A DNA stretch of 13,763 nt from an archaeon (GCA_004212155.1 RXIG01000016.1:1-13763); one strand, 5' to 3'; positions 1 to 7,340 are shown, counted from the stretch's first letter. Notes: a model not told the origin generated them from the letters alone. Numbers and translations are program-made.

Positions 1-61
1 GAAAAAGAATAAAAACTTACACGATGATGGTCATAGTGCTTTTTGAAGTGGATTGATAGGC

Positions 62-1330
62 ATGGATGTCGTCGATGTGATGTTCCCGTATGGGCGAGAT
101 GAGCGCACGGTGCCCCTCCCACGCCGCAATCTGCGAGAGGTCATACGACCACCTGAATTCACACATATCGATGATGAACGTGCTGCAGTGACAGCCTCTT
201 TGCGCACGCCGATATCTTCCCCTCCCCTGCGAGAGCTCGCGCGTGGCGCGCATTCGGTCGCCATCATCGTAAGTGACAAGACGCGCCCCGTCCCGCACCG
301 CATCCTGCTCCCTGCACTACTGGAAGAGCTCCGTGCCGGCGGTATTCTTGATGGGGACATCACGATCGTCGTGGCGTTGGGGATGCACGACCCCATGAGC
401 GACGAGGAGCTCGCAGAGATGTTGGGTGAGGATGTCGTGTCTTCGATCCGCGTCGTCAATCACGACTGCATGGACGAGTCCCGCCTCACGAATCTGGGCA
501 CGACGAGCAGGGGTACGCCGCTTGCGATAACCGATGCTGTTGCATCTGCCGACCTCGTCATTTCGACGGGCTACATTGAGCCCCACGAGTTCGCCGGGTT
601 TACCGGCGGGAGGAAGAGCGTGTTGCCTGGTGTCGCCGGCATTGAAGCGCTCAAGCACAATCACCGCGTCGAGATGCTCGATGACCCTCGTGCCACATTG
701 GGCATCCTCGAGGGCAATCCCATACATGAGGACATGGTCGAGGCGGCGCGCACGGTGGGTGTCGACTTCATCACCAATGTCGTGCTCGACAACGAGGCCC
801 ACATATCAGGCATTTTCTCAGGCGACGTTGTCAAGGCACATGAGGCAGGGGTCGCCTACTACAAGGAACATGCCGGCGTCTTGAGGAGTGAACGTGCCGA
901 CATCGTCGTCGCATCAGTCGGTCATCCCCTCAACAGGGACCTCTATCAATCGCTCAAGGCGGTCTTTGCCACTGCGCCGTTCGTTGCGGATGGCGGAACG
1001 ATCATCCTTTACACATCAAGTAGCGACGGCATGGGACCCGCGCTCTTCAGGAAATGGATGACGGAGACGGACGACCCGTCCACGTTCTCGGAACGCATCG
1101 TCAGGGAGGGATTTGACCCGCGTATCGACCATTGCTACCTCCTCCAGCGCGTTATGCGCTCGGTACGCGTGTGTATCGTCTCTGAACGAGACGAGCTATC
1201 TAGCATACCGTTCATAACGTTATACAGCGATATCGAACCGGCCCTTGCAGATGCGCTCGATCGTCACGGGAGCGATGCTTCCATCATCGCAGTCCCGTAT
1301 GCAACCCGAATCATACCGCTACAGGAGTGA
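62..1330 (+). CDS. larA: LarA-family nickel-pincer (NPN)-dependent alpha-hydroxyacid racemase/epimerase
   Basis: LarA motifs IVSDKTRP, ALGMH, VVNHD, IEPHEFAGFTGGRKSVLPG, HNH, GNPIHEDM, DLYQSLKA. ATG at 62 preferred over the TTG at 53 in the ORF track. Substrate unknown. Confidence 0.9.
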   Translation: MDVVDVMFPYGRDERTVPLPRRNLREVIRPPEFTHIDDERAAVTASLRTPISSPPLRELARGAHSVAIIVSDKTRPVPHRILLPALLEELRAGGILDGDITIVVALGMHDPMSDEELAEMLGEDVVSSIRVVNHDCMDESRLTNLGTTSRGTPLAITDAVASADLVISTGYIEPHEFAGFTGGRKSVLPGVAGIEALKHNHRVEMLDDPRATLGILEGNPIHEDMVEAARTVGVDFITNVVLDNEAHISGIFSGDVVKAHEAGVAYYKEHAGVLRSERADIVVASVGHPLNRDLYQSLKAVFATAPFVADGGTIILYTSSSDGMGPALFRKWMTETDDPSTFSERIVREGFDPRIDHCYLLQRVMRSVRVCIVSERDELSSIPFITLYSDIEPALADALDRHGSDASIIAVPYATRIIPLQE

Positions 1331-1334
1331 TATC

Positions 1335-2690
1335 ATGATAATTAGAAAAAAACATGAACTGCTCTCACATGGGGAACGAGACGCCCGCACGGCCGTGCTC
1401 GACATAGCCGATGCGGCGGTCAGCGCAATGAATGGTGAAACTGCGACCCGTGCCCTTGTGCGCCTTGACGGGAATGAGCTTCGTGTGGGTGATGATACGT
1501 TCGACCTTTCACAGTTTCGAAACGTTTATGTCATCGGCGCCGGAAAGGCGACCTATCCCGTTGCCAAGGCGCTCGAGGACGTCCTTGGCGACCGCCTCAC
1601 CGACGGCGTCATCATCGTCAAGCACGGCGAGTCGAGACGACTCTCGCGCATCGATGTCATCGAGGCTGGCCATCCCCTTCCCGATCAGGCCGGCGTCGAG
1701 GGCGTCGAGCGAATGCTCGAGGTGGCCAACATGGCCGGCAAGCTCGATCTTATCTTCTGCATCATCACCGGCGGCGCGTCCGCGCTCATGCCGTTTCCCG
1801 TCGATAGCGTGAGCCTGAAAGATCTTATAACGCTCAATGAGATGCTCCTCTTCTCGGGTGCGCCCATAGAGGACATCAATGCCGTACGCAAGCACGTGTC
1901 TCAGATAAAGGGCGGATTCCTAGCCCAGGTCCTGCATCCCGCTTATATCGTCAATCTCATCATCATCGACGAGGTGGCGGGCAAGCCGTGGGGCCCTACC
2001 ATCCCTGATCCCACCACCTTCTCCGACGCCAAGGCATCGCTTGTGCGCCATGGATTGTGGGACCGTGTGCCGGCGTCCGTTCGTGACTACATTGCTCGCG
2101 GCATGGATGACCCTTCTATGGAAACGCCGTTTCCCGAAGGTGATTCGTTCATTCGCATGTACACGCATGTCATTGGTGACAATACCATGCTCTGTGACGC
2201 TGCGCTCACACGTGCGTTGTCCATGGACCTCAATGCGCTCGTACTCACATCTGAGATCGAAGGGGAAAGCAGCGACATCGGCATCGCGCTTGCATCGATC
2301 GCACGTGAGGTGCGTGCCCGCGGACGTCCCTGTTCGCCACCCTGCGTGCTCATCGCCGGAGGTGAGACCACGGTGACCATCGTGGACGATGCCCACGGGA
2401 AGGGCGGTCCCAATCAGGAGGTTGCGCTTGGCGCTGCCACGAAGCTTGCTGGCACGAGCGGCATCGCGCTCTGTGCCATCGGCACCGACGGGACCGACGG
2501 ACCTACTGAAATCGCCGGTGGTATCGTCGATGGCACTACGATGCAGCGTGCTCTCGATGAGGGCGTCGATATTCACGCCCATCTTGGGCGCCATGACGCT
2601 TCGAGCGCCCTTGTGAAGATGGGCGATGCGATCTATACGTCTCCCACGGAAACGAACGTGATGGACCTTTATCTGGTGGTGATCGTATGA
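1335..2690 (+). CDS. Glycerate 2-kinase-like protein (class II, DUF4147 + MOFRL domains), divergent
   Basis: Motifs GAGKA, EAGHPLPD, TGGASAL, INAVRKHVSQIKGG, GGETTV, GTDGTDGPT, TNVMD. Start at ATG 1335 follows SD-like GGAGTGA (1324-1330), which contains the larA stop. Confidence 0.88.
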   Translation: MIIRKKHELLSHGERDARTAVLDIADAAVSAMNGETATRALVRLDGNELRVGDDTFDLSQFRNVYVIGAGKATYPVAKALEDVLGDRLTDGVIIVKHGESRRLSRIDVIEAGHPLPDQAGVEGVERMLEVANMAGKLDLIFCIITGGASALMPFPVDSVSLKDLITLNEMLLFSGAPIEDINAVRKHVSQIKGGFLAQVLHPAYIVNLIIIDEVAGKPWGPTIPDPTTFSDAKASLVRHGLWDRVPASVRDYIARGMDDPSMETPFPEGDSFIRMYTHVIGDNTMLCDAALTRALSMDLNALVLTSEIEGESSDIGIALASIAREVRARGRPCSPPCVLIAGGETTVTIVDDAHGKGGPNQEVALGAATKLAGTSGIALCAIGTDGTDGPTEIAGGIVDGTTMQRALDEGVDIHAHLGRHDASSALVKMGDAIYTSPTETNVMDLYLVVIV

Positions 2691-3982
2691 ACGAATATGA
2701 ATGGGACGGTGCGTGCATACGTGACGTGTGTGCACGGGAAGTGCTCGACTGTCGAGGAGAGCCCACGGTCGAGGTGGACGTCATTACCGAGGCCGGCATC
2801 ATAGGCAGGGCCGATGTGCCATGCGGCCGTTCGCGTGGAAAGCACGAGGCAGTGGAGCTACGCGACGGCGACGACCGCTACCACGGCCGCGGCGTGATGC
2901 GGGCCGTACGCAACGTGAACACCACGATAGCCCCCTTGTTGAAGGGAAAGAACGCCTCGGACCAGCGCACGGTAGATACGCTCATGCGCGACCTTGACGA
3001 CTCACCGGACAAGTCCTCGCTTGGTGCCAACGCCATGCTTGGCGTCTCGCTCGCTGCTGCCAGGGCGGCCGCAGAGTCGCACGGCCTGCCGCTCTACAGG
3101 TACCTTGGCGGGGCCACTGCCCACATCATGCCTGTGCCCGTTCTCGACATGATCGAGGGAGGGCTTCTCGCATCGACAGACCTCGACTTTCAGGAACACC
3201 AGGTCATGCCTGTCGGCGCGCCAACGTTCTCTGAAGCGATCCGCATGGGCATGGAGGTCTACCACGAGTTGGGCACGATCCTCGAACGAACGTATGGCAA
3301 CCAGGCCCGAAACGTCGGTGACGAAGGGGGATACACGCCGCCCGGTATGAACGATCCGCGCGATGCGTTCGATGCTGAGCTTGCTGCCATCGAGGAATGC
3401 GGGTATGAAAAGGAGTTCGTGCTCTCACTCGATTGCGCCGCGAGCCACTTCTATGATGTAGATATGGGCACCTACACGTTCATGGGAAAGGCGACCACGC
3501 GCGAGGGCATGATCGAGTTCTACGAGGACCTCGCATCCACCTATCCTCTTGCGTCGATGGAGGATCCACTTTATGAGGATGACTTCGAGGGGTACACGAT
3601 GCTCACGGAAGCCCTCGATGTGCAGATAGTGGGCGACGACCTCTTTGCCACCAATCCACGACGTGTGCAGGAGGGTATCGACAGGCATGCGGCAACAGCG
3701 CTGCTGTTCAAGGCGAATCAGATCGGAACGGTGAGCGAGGCATTCGATGTCGCCTCATGTGCATACCGCGGCGGCCTTGCGATACAGGTGTCGGAACGGT
3801 CGGGCCAGACGGAGGACACGTGGCTTGCAGATATCGCTGTCGCACTCGATGCGGGCCAGATCAAGACGGGTGTCACACGCAGCGAGCGCACGGCTCAGTA
3901 CAATAGATTATTGCGTATAGAAGAAGGTGACCCGTTGGTGAGGTATGCAGGCAGAGGGTATCGAAATCCCTTTAGATTCTAG
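2687..3982 (+). CDS. eno: Enolase (phosphopyruvate hydratase) family protein, divergent paralogue
   Basis: REVLDCRGEPTVEV, EAVELRD, LGANAMLGVS, VGDEGG, LDCAAS, EDP, IVGDDLFATN, KANQIGT, GQIKTG, YNRLLRIEE. ATGA overlap with the kinase stop and SD-like GGTGGTGA upstream. Confidence 0.88.
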   Translation: MNEYEWDGACIRDVCAREVLDCRGEPTVEVDVITEAGIIGRADVPCGRSRGKHEAVELRDGDDRYHGRGVMRAVRNVNTTIAPLLKGKNASDQRTVDTLMRDLDDSPDKSSLGANAMLGVSLAAARAAAESHGLPLYRYLGGATAHIMPVPVLDMIEGGLLASTDLDFQEHQVMPVGAPTFSEAIRMGMEVYHELGTILERTYGNQARNVGDEGGYTPPGMNDPRDAFDAELAAIEECGYEKEFVLSLDCAASHFYDVDMGTYTFMGKATTREGMIEFYEDLASTYPLASMEDPLYEDDFEGYTMLTEALDVQIVGDDLFATNPRRVQEGIDRHAATALLFKANQIGTVSEAFDVASCAYRGGLAIQVSERSGQTEDTWLADIAVALDAGQIKTGVTRSERTAQYNRLLRIEEGDPLVRYAGRGYRNPFRF

Positions 3983-3998
3983 CTCTTTCGACACATTT

Positions 3999-4265
3999 TC
4001 ACATCTGCAATCTTCGGGCGTAGTCGTCTCTGATGGCACGTAGCAGTGCGCCATAGGTGACGTTGACAAGCGTCGTCCTTTCACGCACGGTCCGGGCGAT
4101 GAGCGAGAAGTCGATGTCATCTGGCGGCGTCGCCGTTTCAAGGTAGGGCCTGAACGCCTCCTCGAGCCCCTTGACCATGGTGATCTTACCGTCGATTGTG
4201 AGGTAGCTGCCACGTTCGCGCGGTGCTTCGCATCCGTGACATGACCTGTCGTTGCATCCTGACAT
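3999..4265 (-). CDS. Small hypothetical protein (88 aa) with Cys/His-rich N-terminus
   Basis: MSGCNDRSCHGC followed by a plausible globular segment (YLTIDGKITMVKGLEEAF...). Fills the gap convergent to eno. ATG 4265 has GTGA just upstream. Confidence 0.6.
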   Translation of the reverse strand: MSGCNDRSCHGCEAPRERGSYLTIDGKITMVKGLEEAFRPYLETATPPDDIDFSLIARTVRERTTLVNVTYGALLRAIRDDYARRLQM

Positions 4266-4318
4266 GTGTATCACTACTAGACTGTACGAAGTGTGCATTG
4301 AAAAGTATTGTGTAAACG

Positions 4319-4353
4319 AAAAAGAGAAAAAATATGAGCGACATGCGTCGCTC
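4319..4353 (-). terminator. Hairpin plus T-tract terminator after aroA'
   Basis: Minus strand GAGCGAC-GCAT-GTCGCTC (7-bp stem) followed by ATATTTTTTCTCTTTTT, starting just after the stop at 4362. Confidence 0.7.
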
Positions 4354-4361
4354 GTGTCGTG

Positions 4362-5177
4362 TTACATGATGTAGCACGATGAACTCTGGTCCTTCCAACT
4401 GAGCATATCCATTGCCTCGTCGACGCTTGCGTTGCCGACGACGATGGCACGAAGTGCCCTGACGATCCCCGACGGGTTATCATGTTGAAATGCGTTCCTG
4501 CCAAGGGAGACGCCCATGGCGCCGGCCTCCATGGCCCCATGGACCATCGTGAGCAGTTCCCTGTCGTTTGCGCATTTCGGTCCGCCCGCGATGACGATGG
4601 GGACCGGACATCCGCGCACGACGTCCTTGAACGTGTCGACAGAGCCGGTGTAGTTGGTCTTGACGATGTCAGCGCCAAGCTCGGCCCCCACGCGGGCGGC
4701 CAGTGAGACCGCTTCGGGGTCGAGTCCGTTGTCGATGTTCTTGCCGCGCGGGTACATCATTGCCAGAAGCGGCATGCCGTGCAGGTCGCACTGCTCGGCT
4801 ATCGAACCGAGCGCCGAGAGCATCTCGGTCTCACCCGGGCTTCCGCCCACGTTGACGTGCACCGAGACAGCCTCAGCTCCGAGGCGCAGTGCCTCGTTGA
4901 CACTTCCGACGATGACCTTGTGGTCGGGGTCGGCGGCGACCTTCGTGCTCGCGGAGAGATGCATTATCATGCCACAGCGCGTTGGTTCGTGGAGATGGCG
5001 TATGATCCCCTTGTGCAACACGACTGCTGACGCTCCACCCTCATCGATGGTGGATACGGTCTTATCCATGTTGGCAAGGCCGGCTATCGGTCCCACGGTC
5101 ACGCCATGGTCCATCGGTATGATCACCGCCTTACCCTTTTCTGTAATGCGGTGCATACGCACCAGCTTCCCATTCAT
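4362..5177 (-). CDS. aroA': 2-amino-3,7-dideoxy-D-threo-hept-6-ulosonate (ADH) synthase, class I aldolase of the DhnA/MJ0400 family
   Basis: [69 protein letters not shown] (Schiff-base Lys), IAGGPK, GRNAFQH. SD GGAGGTG at 5189-5183. The aromatic-rich leader peptide upstream supports the AroA' rather than FBP-aldolase role. Confidence 0.85.
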   Translation of the reverse strand: MNGKLVRMHRITEKGKAVIIPMDHGVTVGPIAGLANMDKTVSTIDEGGASAVVLHKGIIRHLHEPTRCGMIMHLSASTKVAADPDHKVIVGSVNEALRLGAEAVSVHVNVGGSPGETEMLSALGSIAEQCDLHGMPLLAMMYPRGKNIDNGLDPEAVSLAARVGAELGADIVKTNYTGSVDTFKDVVRGCPVPIVIAGGPKCANDRELLTMVHGAMEAGAMGVSLGRNAFQHDNPSGIVRALRAIVVGNASVDEAMDMLSWKDQSSSCYIM

Positions 5178-5504
5178 AGCGACACCTCCAGTGTGTCTGC
5201 CAGCAGCCGGGCCGTCTCGCCCTCCGTGGCGTGCAATAGAAGAGCTGTCTTGTTGAGTATCCTGTGCGATACTACGTCCTCGACATCATTGTGTCGTGCC
5301 GGGGAAAAAACATCGTCCTCGGGCCGTGGGCTCCCAAACATGGCGCCCGAGATAAAGACGTTCCCCCCTTTTGTGCTCAATTCCTGTTCCTAGTTTCATG
5401 TGGTTCACCATTGTCGATGGCAACGGCTCTCCAAAATCATGACAGTGCAGCTCGAAAGCATAGTCCATAATCCTGGAGAACCATGCTTTCTACTAATAGT
5501 AGAA
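5178..5504 (-). promoter_or_regulatory. Structured 5' leader / putative attenuator of aroA'
   Basis: Overlapping stems read by eye: 5504-5488; 5490-5478 with 5466-5454; 5484-5466 with 5441-5423; and a long hairpin 5368-5301 containing T6 (5310-5305). Confidence 0.65.
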
Positions 5505-5567
5505 GAAACCAAAGCGATAGCTGGACCCCTCGTTCCCACAGTGCCAAGACATGTTAGAGAGATTCAT
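5493..5567 (-). CDS. Putative aromatic-amino-acid leader peptide MNLSNMSWHCGNEGSSYRFGFFYY (24 aa)
   Basis: ATG 5567 lies 28 nt downstream of TTTATAAA. Seven aromatic codons (1 Trp, 3 Phe, 3 Tyr), six of them in the last eight codons. Ends in tandem TAG TAG. In-frame second ATG at 5552. Too short for the ORF track. Confidence 0.75.
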   Translation of the reverse strand: MNLSNMSWHCGNEGSSYRFGFFYY

Positions 5568-5595
5568 ACTATCAAGACGGAATGTCATTCAAGAG

Positions 5596-5610
5596 TTTAT
5601 AAATGTTTCC
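5596..5610 (-). promoter_or_regulatory. Archaeal BRE/TATA promoter of the leader-aroA' transcript
   Basis: Minus strand GGAAACA-TTTATAAA (TATA 5603-5596), located just downstream of a terminator. Confidence 0.7.
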
Positions 5611-5654
5611 CTGCTGAGGACGTCATAAAATATGGATGTAGTCATGAAAATGAT

Positions 5655-5688
5655 AAAAAAGAGGGACCCGTTTAGGCGTTCGGGTCCC
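5655..5688 (-). terminator. Hairpin plus T-tract terminator ending the lipoprotein operon
   Basis: Minus strand GGGACCCG-N10-CGGGTCCC (8-bp stem, stop codon in the loop) followed by TCTTTTTT. Confidence 0.75.
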
Positions 5689-6418
5689 AGATGGATTCTA
5701 TCTTTGTGACGTCTTCATAAATCGTACCTTCGATGGTGACGGAGAACAGACCGTCCTCGTAGGCGACTATGGCGGAATCCCGTGCATCGATGGGGAACGT
5801 CTCTGTGCCGCCCTCATGATGGATCGCAAACGTCTGGGACTGCGGATAGTAGGCCACCTTCGTGAAGAGCTCGGCCACGGTGAAGTCGTTGTCCTTTTCG
5901 GTGAACTCGCGTATGTCCCTAATGGAGACATAGATCTCGTTGGTGACGTCGCCGGTGATGCCAAGCACCTCGTCCTCAGTGAGGGGCTCGACGGTGACGA
6001 CCTGCTTCATCCAGTTGCAGGCGCATCCGATGTCGACGGCAAGCATCACGGGGCCGTCGTTGTCGCCGAGGCGTTCTCCCTCCCTGTAGAGGGCCAGGAT
6101 GGCCGAGTCTACGTCTGCTCGGTCGAACGAGAGGATGTAGCCGTCCTCTGCGATGAAGTTTATTATCGAGGCGTCTTCCGCTGTGCTGACGTTCGCAAGA
6201 ACGCTCGTCAGGGCGGCACCTGAGTATTCCTCGGTCCCTTCCACAAGCTGCTTCTCGACCGTCTTCTCAGGCATGTCATCGAGATCCTGGTAGGTGAACG
6301 TGGTGGGATTGTCGACTGCGCCAATCACATCGACATCCCACTCTATGCTCTCCTCGCCACCGATGCATCCGCAACAGAGCACTGCGACAACCGCTATGGC
6401 AATGAGTGCACGTTTCAT
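5672..6418 (-). CDS. Lipoprotein with molybdopterin-oxidoreductase-like (sulfite oxidase/MsrP-fold) domain plus degenerate second domain
   Basis: Signal peptide and lipobox (VLCCGC-I). V.G.V..P.TFTYQDL..MP, YSGAAL, FIAEDGY, DGPVML, NWMKQVVTVE. SD AGGTGG upstream. Confidence 0.75.
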   Translation of the reverse strand: MKRALIAIAVVAVLCCGCIGGEESIEWDVDVIGAVDNPTTFTYQDLDDMPEKTVEKQLVEGTEEYSGAALTSVLANVSTAEDASIINFIAEDGYILSFDRADVDSAILALYREGERLGDNDGPVMLAVDIGCACNWMKQVVTVEPLTEDEVLGITGDVTNEIYVSIRDIREFTEKDNDFTVAELFTKVAYYPQSQTFAIHHEGGTETFPIDARDSAIVAYEDGLFSVTIEGTIYEDVTKIESIWDPNA

Positions 6419-7282
6419 CTATCCACCTGTTAAGACCTGTATCTCGACGAGATTGCCTACCCAGTTGCTCTTGGAGAGGCTGGGAGCTATGATGCGAAGG
6501 GGGCCACCCTCTTCCTCTGCAATCTCCTCGCCGCCGGCGTGCCAGGCGATGATAGCATCTGCGAGGTCGGCATATGCCGCTTCCTTGTTGTATCCATCGC
6601 TTGCAAAGAACGTTACCGTGACTGCGTTCTCCACTTCGAGATGTACCATGAGGTCGCTGATCAGGGCACCGCCCCACTCGACATCGTCAGCGGTCACGGT
6701 GGTGTAGTCAAGGGATTGCAGTTCAGAAAGACCGACTTCGGAGGATTGCCCATCGACGCTCACCGCGAGCGAGTACGTTTCCTGGGGTGCCGTGGCGACC
6801 TCTATCCTCACGAGATTCTGGATCCACGTGTTGGCGGGAAGGCCGGGTGCGACGAATCGGATGGGCCCACCGTCCTCTTCGGGGATGGTGTCGCCGTTCT
6901 CGTCGTGCCATGCGAGCATGGCATCCTGGAGCTGAGCGTACTCGAGTTCCTTCTCGTAGCCGTCAAGGGCGACCATGGTGACCATCTGGGCGTCCTCGAC
7001 GCCAATGTGGTCCATGAATCTGTAGAACGAGGTGCCACCCCACTGGGTCTGGATCTCGGCGCCCGTCTTCTTGACCATCGTCGCGGTGATGGTCTCATAT
7101 TCGAGGGACTGTATCTCCGAGAGGCCGACCTCGGTGGGTGTCCCACCATCGACCGATACCACCAGGAAGTAGGTGTCTGGCGGGGCAGTAGTAGTGCTTT
7201 CGGAATCGTCCGAGGAAATGCACCCTGCGACCAGGGCGGTCACAAGGCATAGTGCAAGCAAGATTGGGAGTTTGCGCTGCAT
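6419..7282 (-). CDS. Lipoprotein with two tandem molybdopterin-oxidoreductase-like domains
   Basis: Lipobox LVAGC-I and a Ser/Thr/Pro linker. Two copies of WGG...A.DGY.KE...AWH...GGP(I/L)R..AP...W..NLV.I.V. Confidence 0.8.
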   Translation of the reverse strand: MQRKLPILLALCLVTALVAGCISSDDSESTTTAPPDTYFLVVSVDGGTPTEVGLSEIQSLEYETITATMVKKTGAEIQTQWGGTSFYRFMDHIGVEDAQMVTMVALDGYEKELEYAQLQDAMLAWHDENGDTIPEEDGGPIRFVAPGLPANTWIQNLVRIEVATAPQETYSLAVSVDGQSSEVGLSELQSLDYTTVTADDVEWGGALISDLMVHLEVENAVTVTFFASDGYNKEAAYADLADAIIAWHAGGEEIAEEEGGPLRIIAPSLSKSNWVGNLVEIQVLTGG

Positions 7283-7304
7283 GAACTATACGATGCACCC
7301 TTAT

Positions 7305-7336
7305 TTTATAAACGTTATGTCATATTGAAAATAACG
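7305..7336 (-). promoter_or_regulatory. TATA box with abutting ModE-like operator
   Basis: TTTATAAA at 7305-7312, 22 nt before ATG 7282. Palindrome CGTTAT-N12-ATAACG at 7313-7336, extendable to AAACGTTAT...ATAACGTTT. Confidence 0.75.
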
Positions 7337-7340
7337 TTTC

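Noticed and set aside
1245-1334. N-terminal extension of the kinase ORF overlapping larA
   Set aside because: SD and protein-like sequence point to ATG 1335.
1920-2735. Long antisense ORFs (also 4654-5256, 6539-7252, 8257-8892, 10966-11694)
   Set aside because: Shadows of well-supported genes in GC-rich coding DNA, with no motifs.
5174-5380. 68-aa TTG-start ORF whose stop overlaps the aroA' ATG
   Set aside because: No recognisable protein features, runs through the structured leader, and an ATGA overlap arises easily by chance. It cannot be fully excluded as a coupling ORF.
5286-5468. 60-aa minus-strand ORF within the leader
   Set aside because: Start codon is buried in stems B/C and the product is unrecognisable; better explained as leader RNA.
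6416-6421. In-frame TAG-ATG junction suggesting pyrrolysine or read-through fusion
   Set aside because: The downstream gene has its own SD (AGGTGG), signal peptide and lipobox, so these are two separate genes.
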